Shown here piece by piece: positions 9,955 to 17,198 of a stretch of 32,000 nucleotides of DNA. The notes under the pieces are model-generated. The model worked only from the letters and a program-made list of their open reading frames with translations. It was not told the DNA's origin and searched no databases. Position numbers and translations under genes: made by a program. Positions within the stretch are counted from its first letter, which is position 1, and each line of letters opens with the position of its first letter. This DNA is from Ignicoccus islandicus DSM 13165 (GTDB taxonomy: Archaea > Thermoproteota > Thermoprotei_A > Sulfolobales > Ignicoccaceae), in contig NZ_CP006867.1 of NCBI RefSeq assembly GCF_001481685.1, positions 1,050,001 through 1,082,000 of the forward strand. Reading direction: 5' to 3'.

Positions 9955-10506
9955 TTCGTTTCCCCTACTACTACCCTTAACTTAATTGTTAAGTTTAAGT
10001 CATTAAGTTGCTTTCAAACCCATTCACCATGGGATGGTGAATCCCCATCTCCACCTCTTGTCCAAATTCACTTTTCCATTTACTCACAATTAATTCACTC
10101 ATTCCCTCAACCTTAACCATTTGAATTCAGAATTAATGGTCTCATTAATCACCTTCAGTTTCTACTAGCCTTCCCAATGGTCAATTCCATTTCAACTCAA
10201 TCAATTAGCATTGTATTTGCAAAATCAAACTCGATTTACCACTCTTGAGCTTAGACCATCAGTACGCGGTCCTTTCAAGATCGATCTTTATAATGAGAAG
10301 TTGCATTTAGGGGTTAATAAGCGATCATGAGAACTCTAATGATCATGGGGATTTCTACTCCAGCCTACCTTATACAAGCACATACATGCATATATTGGAC
10401 AACTACTTGAGTTTAAGTTCTGAAAGGAAAGGTATGAATGTGGAAAGGCAGATGAAGGGAAATGGTTAAAAGGTGAGAAAGAGGTTGTTTAAATAGGAGG
10501 GCAACG
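9955..10506 (+). promoter_or_regulatory. CRISPR leader (AT-rich, non-coding) with candidate TATA elements near the first repeat
   Basis: This is 552 bp without a credible ORF, directly upstream of the best-conserved repeats. The repeat polarity (3' GAAAG on +) places the leader here. TATA-like GTTAAAAG (10464-10471) and TTTAAATA (10488-10495) lie just upstream of repeat 1. The left ~50 bp must also serve as the promoter of the divergent gene at 9954. Confidence 0.6.
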
Positions 10507-11471
10507 GTAGAGATCCAATAGGGAATAGAAAGAACGCGCTTTCGAATAACTTTACGTCGACATTCTCTATCTCGGGTAGAGATCCAATAGGGAATAGAAA
10601 GAAGCACAACAAGAAAGGCTTATTCGATCTATCAATAGTAGAGATCCAATAGGGAATAGAAAGATGAACCCTATCTCGCTCTGATGTATTATCAATACGA
10701 AGCAAGTAGAGATCCAATAGGGAATAGAAAGTTAATACCAGGCTCGGGAACGAGTGCGACAGCAGAGATTTTGTAGAGATCCAATAGGGAATAGAAAGCA
10801 TTTCGTACGTATGAGAAAGCGTTATGACTGACGTAAACAGTAGAGATCCAATAGGGAATAGAAAGATCCCAATATACTCTCATCGGTTCGTCTTTGTTGT
10901 TCCTGTAGAGATCCAATAGGGAATAGAAAGTTGATTTGTTCAAGGCTCTTGCTGACGACGTCATACATTTCTAGTAGAGATCCAATAGGGAATAGAAAGC
11001 TTTCTCATGTAAACTCTTTTCCTCATCTCGAAATGTTTTCAGTAGAGTCCCAATAGGGAATAGAAAGTTGTAATACTCACTAAGGTTTTCGATGTTGACA
11101 GGTCTCCAACTGTAGAGTCCCAATATGGAATAGAAAGAATTGGACAGGAAGAAGGTTCTCTTCAGGAACTACAAAGTAGAATCCCAATAGGGAATAGAAA
11201 GTTAACTATCCTGTCCACATTGCAATCCTCCACTGCCAACTGTAGAATCCCAATAGGGAATAGAAAGAAGGTCTTCGTTAATCCTCCCATTCCGCCACCG
11301 GACATACTGTAGAATCCCAATATGGAATAGAAAGCAAACTGAAATTGAGAATCATAAGCGACAGAGGGAAGGACGGGTAGAGATCCAATAGGGAATAGAA
11401 AGCAAATATATATGTAAATTCCTTCAAGGAAGAGAAATAGGAAGTGTAGAGTCCCAATAGGGAATAGAAAA
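10507..11471 (+). CRISPR. CRISPR array, 15 repeats of 26 nt (GTAGAGATCCAATAGGGAATAGAAAG) and 14 spacers
   Basis: Repeats start at 10507, 10576, 10638, 10706, 10773, 10840, 10905, 10974, 11042, 11112, 11176, 11242, 11309, 11377 and 11446. Spacer lengths are 43, 36, 42, 41, 41, 39, 43, 42, 44, 38, 40, 41, 42 and 43 nt, and all spacers are different. Repeats 1-8 are identical. Repeats 9-15 carry point variants, and the last repeat ends in A instead of G. Confidence 0.97.
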
Positions 11472-11516
11472 GGTAAACCTACGGGACTGCCCGCAAGCTG
11501 ACATATAAAAATGACT

Positions 11517-11542
11517 GTAAAGACCCCAAAGGGTACGAAAAC
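11517..11542 (+). repeat. Decayed 16th CRISPR repeat (psi-repeat) in the trailer
   Basis: GTAAAGACCCCAAAGGGTACGAAAAC matches the consensus repeat at 17 of 26 positions without gaps. It lies 45 nt after repeat 15, which is the correct spacer periodicity. Confidence 0.4.
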
Positions 11543-11801
11543 CGTTAGGATAGCCGACGTTATGGGGAAACCTCTTACGGAATTGGCAAAGGAATTTTGG
11601 AAACGATTAGAGGAAAAAGAGAAAAAAGAAAAAGAGGAAAGGGATTGAAAAACGCAGCAACATCTGAACAACAAAGCGCCTCCGTACGTTTCAGACATCA
11701 AGAACGCAGTCCTCTTATCGGCGTAACGATTGAGAGCTTTACCGGAAACTTATACCAACTGTTCTTTAGAAGCAATTAGTGGACCGAGGGGGACTTCCGA
11801 G

Positions 11802-12020
11802 ATGCCCAAGGAGATTCCGTGGCACAAGTTAACTCCAGAAGAGAGAATAGTGGTTCAGTACTTCTTGGCACATAAATCGATAGGGGACTTGATACTACTT
11901 AGGGACTTGGAACTGAAGGGCATCAAGAAGCCAATAAGAGTGTTGGAGAGTTTATTGAACAAAGGGATTCTGGAGAAGGGCGAGGGATGTTACTCGCTTA
12001 GGAAGGAATACAGGATTTAG
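11802..12020 (+). CDS. Small winged-helix-like protein (72 aa), hypothetical
   Basis: MPKEIPWHKLTPEERIVVQYFLAHKSIGDLILLRDLELKGIKKPIRVLESLLNKGILEKGEGCYSLRKE shows a helix-turn-helix plus wing pattern by eye. The ATG at 11802 is preferred over the TTG at 11730 of the maximal ORF. No family is recognised. Confidence 0.45.
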   Translation: MPKEIPWHKLTPEERIVVQYFLAHKSIGDLILLRDLELKGIKKPIRVLESLLNKGILEKGEGCYSLRKEYRI

Positions 12021-12811
12021 GGAACGACCCAAGTGCCTTCGCCTGTTTCCAAACACCTCAAGGGGTTTTCACGCGTCCCGTCACATATGACTACCTTAGT
12101 TCCGCTCGAAGCGACCCTCCCCGCCATTATTACCTTTATGTTCATTCCGGGTCCTATTTCCTTAGCAATCTCTTCCGCCTCTGACGACTTTATTTCCTTA
12201 ATTACTTCACCATTCATGAGAACCCCCGGTACATCGGTCAAGAGAACTAAGTAGTCAGCCCTTACTGCCTTAGCTATCTCGCTCGCCATTTGATCACCGT
12301 TAACGTTCAGAAGCTCCCCTTCCTCGCTTATGGCTATCGGCGCGATCACGGGCGTGTAACCCATTTCAACCAACTTGGTTAAGAGATCGCCATTAACTTC
12401 CTTTATCTTACCGGTGTACCCTCCCGGGATGGCTCTCTTGATTTCCCTCTCCCCGACCTTCTCCTTTACTATTACCCTTTTCTTCCTGTCAGCTACAACC
12501 AGCTTCCCGTCCGCTCCCGTCAAACCTATGGCCTTCTTCCCTAACCTCTCCAAGCTACTCACTATTCTTTTGTTCAATAGCCCTCCCAGTACGGCTACGA
12601 ACACTTCGAGTTCCGTTTCGTCAGTATAGCGGAACTTTATTCCGGAAGCCGAGATCTTGAACTTCGGCTCTATTCCCATTTTCCTTTCCCATTCGTCAAC
12701 TAAGTCTCCTCCACCGTGAACGAAAACAACGCCTTCAAATCTCGCGATGTCCCTTACAATGTTATCCATGTTATTGAGTAGGGTCCTACCTCCAGCCTTA
12801 ACGACTATCAA
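12017..12811 (-). CDS. lysZ: Amino-acid kinase family: acetylglutamate / [LysW]-aminoadipate kinase
   Basis: The N-terminus IVVKAGGRTL, VFVHGGG and the C-terminal pattern are typical of ArgB/LysZ. At 264 aa it has the crenarchaeal LysW-pathway size. The start is TTG. Confidence 0.85.
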   Translation of the reverse strand: MIVVKAGGRTLLNNMDNIVRDIARFEGVVFVHGGGDLVDEWERKMGIEPKFKISASGIKFRYTDETELEVFVAVLGGLLNKRIVSSLERLGKKAIGLTGADGKLVVADRKKRVIVKEKVGEREIKRAIPGGYTGKIKEVNGDLLTKLVEMGYTPVIAPIAISEEGELLNVNGDQMASEIAKAVRADYLVLLTDVPGVLMNGEVIKEIKSSEAEEIAKEIGPGMNIKVIMAGRVASSGTKVVICDGTRENPLRCLETGEGTWVVP

Positions 12812-12881
12812 ATGCTACCCCTTATCCAGCTAGGCCCATTATCTTATAATTGGTCCCCTAAGTAGGCTTGTTTGGAATGCT

Positions 12882-13313
12882 ATGAATGGTCCCCTAATAG
12901 CTAAGTACGAGGATTTGAGCAAAGCCGCCAAGGATAGAGGCGTTAAGCTAGTAGTGGCTAGGCCCCGTCCAACTGAGCTTAAGTGGGAGTCCGTATGGGA
13001 ACCTGGAAAGGTACTAGCTTCGAAGACGTTCGAAATAGGCTTCGCTACCCCCTCCTCGTCCCAAGATTTCCATATGCATAAAACTGTCTACGAGGTCTAC
13101 GTGTTCCTCGGGAAAGGCCTCGTTAAGTACCTGGAAGGAAATCGAGTTAAGGAAGTGGAAGTAAGCGAAGGGGACTTGGTAATGATTCCGCCAGGAACGT
13201 ATCACTATGTAGAGATAAGGGAGGGAGGAGCGTACGCAATATCTATATGCTCTTCCGAAAATTGCGATCTGGGGCGGGACAAGGTAGTTCTGAACGCTCC
13301 CTTCGAGGGATGA
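12882..13313 (+). CDS. Cupin-domain protein
   Basis: The FHMHKTVYEVYVFLGKG ... GDLVMIPPGTYHYVE pattern resembles the two cupin motifs. A TATA-like CTTATAAT lies about 35 nt upstream. Confidence 0.55.
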   Translation: MNGPLIAKYEDLSKAAKDRGVKLVVARPRPTELKWESVWEPGKVLASKTFEIGFATPSSSQDFHMHKTVYEVYVFLGKGLVKYLEGNRVKEVEVSEGDLVMIPPGTYHYVEIREGGAYAISICSSENCDLGRDKVVLNAPFEG

Positions 13314-13364
13314 TCTGAGCTAGATTGACTGATCGATGAGGACGGTTTCTGGTGGTGACCCCAA

Positions 13365-14288
13365 TTACCCTATTAGAGATATGACAATTAGCCCCCACGC
13401 AATAGAAATAGTTAGAAGTATAGCGTTAACCCTAACGAAAGTTCTCAAGCTAGCCTTGGAAATGGTAATTGCGATAACGTTGGCAAGTGAGGCTATGGGG
13501 GTTCCCAGTCCTCCAACGTTTACGCCTAAGGCCAAGGGAAACCAGTCCCTAGTGACGTTTAGGAGAATCAGCGTAGCGGGAACGTTACTGATGACTTGGG
13601 ACAAGCCTACGGACATTAGGAAGACTTCCAATGGACTGGATGCGTCGATTTTCAAGTGCTGACCGATCCATTTAAATAGAACAATCATAATAGAGAGGCT
13701 CGCCAACACTTTCCACTCGATTTTCGGAGCCTTCCTATACAAGGAAATATACGAAGCGAAGGAACTCAAGAGGGCGAGGTACGATAGTTCGAGCCTTATT
13801 AAAGCTACTGCTACAATGAGAGAAGCTAACGCAACCAAGGCTTCGGAGCCCTTGAGGGGAACGGTCTCTCCTAGGCTCCTCTTCTCGTACCCCTTTAAGG
13901 AGTACAAGGAAACTGCGATCGGTAACGCCAGTCCGAGGGACATCTTGCTAATGAATAATTCTAGAGGTATCTTGAACTCGTTCCATATTATTACGTTCTG
14001 TGGGTTACCGAATGGAGTTAGCGCTGAACCCAAGTTTACTAAAGCAGCTATTAAGGGAGTTACCTCATTGGAACCCATCGCCACGCTTATTGGAATTATT
14101 ACGTACATGGCTCCATCGTTCATTAGGAAGGCGCCGGCGGCTAGAGCCACCAGACCTAGGATCCAATACGAGTTTATTCTCGCAGCTAAGTTCTGGAAGA
14201 GTCCCGATTCCTTGAACTCCTCCGATATTACCATGAAGGTCGCGAGTATCGCTAGCGCTTCGAAATCAGATTCCACGCTCAACGCCAA
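13365..14288 (-). CDS. ArsB/NhaD-superfamily (CitMHS-like) anion permease, short form
   Basis: It is polytopic and carries the LGSALTPFGNPQN motif characteristic of this permease superfamily. At 307 aa it is shorter than the ~400 aa I would expect. The start is TTG. Confidence 0.65.
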   Translation of the reverse strand: MALSVESDFEALAILATFMVISEEFKESGLFQNLAARINSYWILGLVALAAGAFLMNDGAMYVIIPISVAMGSNEVTPLIAALVNLGSALTPFGNPQNVIIWNEFKIPLELFISKMSLGLALPIAVSLYSLKGYEKRSLGETVPLKGSEALVALASLIVAVALIRLELSYLALLSSFASYISLYRKAPKIEWKVLASLSIMIVLFKWIGQHLKIDASSPLEVFLMSVGLSQVISNVPATLILLNVTRDWFPLALGVNVGGLGTPIASLANVIAITISKASLRTFVRVNAILLTISIAWGLIVISLIG

Positions 14289-14372
14289 GGAAGTTCGCCG
14301 CGCAACGCCATTTGAACTATATCTATGGAAATAGAGAAAACGATGGGTGCGTCTCGGTCAAGGCTGAACTCT

Positions 14373-14513
14373 TCACCCTTCCGTAGAGGGAGCCTCCTCA
14401 TCGACCAAGTAGCTTCCGCAAACCGGACATAGCTCGAACTCCTTCGGATACCTCAAGCCACAGCTCAAGCACTTCCTAGTATATCTCGAAGCAATTCCCT
14501 CAAAGGTTCCCCC
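14373..14513 (-). other. Zn-ribbon coding segment in the -1 frame relative to the 3' end of the HD gene, with no start codon of its own
   Basis: KCLSCGLRYPKEFELCPVCGSYLVDEE is encoded at 14373-14474. That frame contains no ATG or GTG between 14687 and the CxxC, and its only in-frame TTG is the Leu inside the first CxxC. It joins the HD frame by a -1 shift at the G5 run (C5 on +, 14509-14513). Confidence 0.35.
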
Positions 14514-15079
14514 ATTTCTTCTGCCATTTTCATTAAGGACTCCCTCATGCTTTCCCTTATCTCCTCCACTCTCTTCATGCCCATTTCCACGTATTTCTCT
14601 GCTTGGAAATATGTGGCCAGCGTTTCCGCTACTTTTGCCACTTTCGCCTCTGTCGTTCCCTCCATGTATTCCATTGAGAGCTTCCAACCCTCTAGCACCT
14701 CCTTTAATTCCTCTATGGCCTCCCTCTCGAGGGCCTCCTTAACTTCCTTCGCCCTATCGCTGCTCCACTTAGGTATATCGCCTAACTTGGCTTCGCCGAA
14801 GTCGTGATAGAGGGCTATTAACGCCGCCCTTTCGGGATTTACGTTGAGACCCCTCTTCTTGAGCCTAACCCCTATCTCATAGGCTAGAACGGCTGAGTAG
14901 AACGAGTGGAGCGCCACGCTTTCCCCTAGCGCGGGCGGGACGCCCCTTTGCATCCATCCGGTTCTCACCAAACACGCGAGAGACCAGAGCACTTCCCACA
15001 CTTCCTTCAAGGCTCTTCCCAGGTCACTCGATGGCGGTGAAGTTAAATGGGAGGAGTCCAACAGCTTGAACGGTTTCAA
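14465..15079 (-). CDS. HD-domain phosphohydrolase (YfbR-like 5'-nucleotidase type)
   Basis: Motifs seen are RTGWMQRGVP..ESVALHS and LYHDFGEAKLGDIP (H...HD...D metal ligands). The start is TTG. Confidence 0.75.
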   Translation of the reverse strand: MKPFKLLDSSHLTSPPSSDLGRALKEVWEVLWSLACLVRTGWMQRGVPPALGESVALHSFYSAVLAYEIGVRLKKRGLNVNPERAALIALYHDFGEAKLGDIPKWSSDRAKEVKEALEREAIEELKEVLEGWKLSMEYMEGTTEAKVAKVAETLATYFQAEKYVEMGMKRVEEIRESMRESLMKMAEEMGEPLRELLRDILGSA

Positions 15080-15084
15080 CGAAA

Positions 15085-15894
15085 TTGAAGTACGCAGTCA
15101 TAGGCGCGTGGGGTTACCTAGGCGCTAACTTGTTGAACGAATTACCTTCGTGTGGAATCGCTAGGAAGTCGAGCGCGGAGAGGAGACCCTTCCTTAAGGA
15201 GGCCTTCAACGGAAAGGAAATGTATTTATTGAACGAAATAGCTGAGGAGGAACTAAAGGACGCGCTAGAGAGGTGCGGCGCGGACTCGGTTATTTACGCA
15301 ATAGGTAAACTCAGAGGCAACTACGATCAAATGAAGGAAGCTCACGTAGACAAGGCCTTACTAAGCTTGAGAGTGGCAAAGGAACTGGGCTTGAAATCGT
15401 TCGTCTACGTAAGCTCTGTTTTAGCTATGGGCATCGCTGAGAAGTGCAAAGACTTGAACGGGGTCGTAACGGAAGAGGAGAGCCACTTGGAGGGCTGCGA
15501 ACCAATAGGCAATTTCTCGATTACGAAAGCTATGGGGGAGGCAGAGATCGTTAGGAACTCCGAAGGAATAACAGTTGGAATAATAAGGCCGGCGCTAATT
15601 GTGGGTAAATGGGCCTACCATCCCGAATGGAAGTACTTAAACCTAGCGAAGTCCCTCGGACTACCGACCCCTAACCTGAGCGCTAGCACCATTAATTGCA
15701 TAGTCCAAGGCATAGAAGTGGCCTCCACTAGCGGAGGCTGGTACTTAACGGTCGATGGGAGCTTGAAGGAGCTGGGGTTTAGAGCCTTTGACGTAAAGGT
15801 CCCCTTGGGCCTCATTAAAGCGGCTCCAGACTCTTTGAAGCCCTTGCTCCTCGCCTTGAGGTACAAGTACGCTTCGAGACTCCTTCCATGCTAA
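15085..15894 (+). CDS. NAD(P)-binding Rossmann protein, atypical extended SDR (epimerase/dehydratase-like)
   Basis: The N-terminus has the glycine motif IGAWGYLG. The position of the catalytic YxxxK reads FSITK, with Phe instead of Tyr. The start is TTG and is required to retain the Rossmann beta1 strand. Confidence 0.55.
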   Translation: MKYAVIGAWGYLGANLLNELPSCGIARKSSAERRPFLKEAFNGKEMYLLNEIAEEELKDALERCGADSVIYAIGKLRGNYDQMKEAHVDKALLSLRVAKELGLKSFVYVSSVLAMGIAEKCKDLNGVVTEEESHLEGCEPIGNFSITKAMGEAEIVRNSEGITVGIIRPALIVGKWAYHPEWKYLNLAKSLGLPTPNLSASTINCIVQGIEVASTSGGWYLTVDGSLKELGFRAFDVKVPLGLIKAAPDSLKPLLLALRYKYASRLLPC

Positions 15895-15936
15895 AGAACA
15901 TTTAACGGAGGCGTCTCCGAAAGGTCGGATGGACTA

Positions 15937-17025
15937 ATGGAGCTCGGCGCGATAGCCGTCGCAGCGCTAACTGCCTCTTTCATTTATAGTTTCCTTTCCA
16001 GTCTAAGCGTCACGCTTAAATGGAAGAGGAAAGTATGGGAGGACTTCCCTCCATCCTATAGTAAGAGAGTTAGCGTGATACTTCCTTTCTATAACGAGAA
16101 ATTTGAAGACGTTGAAAGAACTATCGATAGCCTCGCTAGGCAAGACTACCCTAAGGAGCTTTTGGAGGTCCTAGTAGTTTTGGAGGAAGGAGATGAGGGA
16201 ACGGAGGAAATAGTTAAGGAGCTCCTACCGAGAATTCCTTTTAAGAAAAAGATCGTAAAGGTTCATGGAAGGAGGGGCAAGTGGAAAGCCCTAAACAAGG
16301 GGTTCAGCGAGGCCAATGGAGAGTTAGTGGTAGTATACGACGCGGGAGACGTTTTCGGTAGCGAACACATATCTAAGCTAGTTGGGGCCTCCTCGAAATA
16401 CCCAATAGTCACTTCGAGGGTTCTTAGGAAGGGGAAGGGACTGTGGGGCAACCTTTCGTTTGCGGAAACGATTCTTTGGACCGAAGTAGCAATTCCGTTA
16501 ATAAAGAAATTGACCGGAGTCGTGCCCCCTAGCGGGGAGGGAGTGGCGCTTACTTTCAAGCCCACCCTTCCGCCCTGTCTCGCCGAGGACGCGTTCCTGG
16601 TGTTGCTTGGAAAGGAAATAGGGGCCTTGGACTACGAAGTAATTGAGGGAGCTCCTTCGACGTTTAGGTCCTATGCCTTACAGAGGGCCCGCTGGTATAA
16701 AGGGTACCTTCAATGCATGGCGAGGGCTCTGAAGGAGAAACGCGTGAAGGAGGCCTTGATTTTCTCGATACCTCTCGTGATGGTAATGTATTCAATAGCG
16801 GTTCCGTTGACGTTATTGCTTCCCTTAATCGATCCATCCCCGAAATACTTCATCTTCCCGATTTCAATAGTTGCAATGATTTCTTTGCCATCCCTTTACT
16901 TGAGAGGTAGGGTCGATAGGAAGGCTTTGTTGTTCTTGCCCCTATCGGTAGTTCTTCAAGGCTTCATAGTTCTCTATTCTATAGGTGTGCGCGAATGGTT
17001 CAAGACGGAGCGTTCCTATGGATAG
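15937..17025 (+). CDS. Family 2 glycosyltransferase, membrane-integrated synthase type
   Basis: Motifs seen are VSVILPFYNE, DAGD and QRARW (QxxRW, as in processive GT2 synthases). It has one N-terminal TM segment and several C-terminal ones. Confidence 0.8.
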   Translation: MELGAIAVAALTASFIYSFLSSLSVTLKWKRKVWEDFPPSYSKRVSVILPFYNEKFEDVERTIDSLARQDYPKELLEVLVVLEEGDEGTEEIVKELLPRIPFKKKIVKVHGRRGKWKALNKGFSEANGELVVVYDAGDVFGSEHISKLVGASSKYPIVTSRVLRKGKGLWGNLSFAETILWTEVAIPLIKKLTGVVPPSGEGVALTFKPTLPPCLAEDAFLVLLGKEIGALDYEVIEGAPSTFRSYALQRARWYKGYLQCMARALKEKRVKEALIFSIPLVMVMYSIAVPLTLLLPLIDPSPKYFIFPISIVAMISLPSLYLRGRVDRKALLFLPLSVVLQGFIVLYSIGVREWFKTERSYG

Positions 17026-17198
17026 AGGCTACCGATTTCTATAAGTCGAGTCCTTTAGTCTATCTATAATTTTGGAATACGTTCATCTCTTCCAAGAATT
17101 ACTTACGGAACGCGAAGTTTACCGAAATATTTTTATATAACCGTTGAAGTAACCTACTTTTAAAGTATTTCGTCTCTTCCTATCTTGAGGGACGCGGC

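Noticed and set aside
10533-11445. Self-targeting spacers (a match of any spacer to another part of this window)
   Set aside because: None was noticed by eye. This is not a reliable negative and needs a computational search against the whole genome.
11472-11586. Similarity between the start of the pseudo-spacer (GGTAAACCTACGGGACTG, 11472) and GGGAAACCTCTTACGGAATTG (11565-11585), as a CreA-like guide/target pair
   Set aside because: The match is short, needs a 3-nt gap and decays after about 12 nt, which is within chance expectation. It is mentioned only so that someone with tools can test it.
11511-11648. 45-codon ORF starting at the TATAAAAATG in the last pseudo-spacer, considered as a real protein gene
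   Set aside because: The TATA element abuts the ATG, which is too close for that ATG to be on the transcript. The ORF runs through a decayed repeat and a purine tract (EKEKKEKEE). I kept it only as part of the trailer finding, not as a feature.
10413-11701. Four minus-strand ORFs (10413-10607, 10466-10801, 10692-10964, 11162-11701) with recurring peptides such as FLFPIGSL and SIPYWIST
   Set aside because: They are translations of the CRISPR repeats in different frames. The periodic identical peptides coincide exactly with the repeat positions.
11597-11779. Plus-strand 60-aa ORF (METIRGKREKRKRGKG...)
   Set aside because: It is a low-complexity Lys/Arg/Gly/Glu product of the 36-nt purine tract in the CRISPR trailer. 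It has no promoter or motif support.
13336-14334. Plus-strand ORFs 13336-13662, 13816-14334 and 14000-14215
   Set aside because: They lie antisense to the ArsB/NhaD permease gene. Their composition mirrors the hydrophobic gene on the other strand, and they carry no motifs.
14520-14687. N-terminal two thirds of the 104-aa minus-strand ORF as an independent gene
   Set aside because: It lies entirely inside the HD-domain gene in another frame, and its sequence is G/E/N/R-rich with no structure. Only the C-terminal Zn-ribbon part looks protein-like (see the finding).
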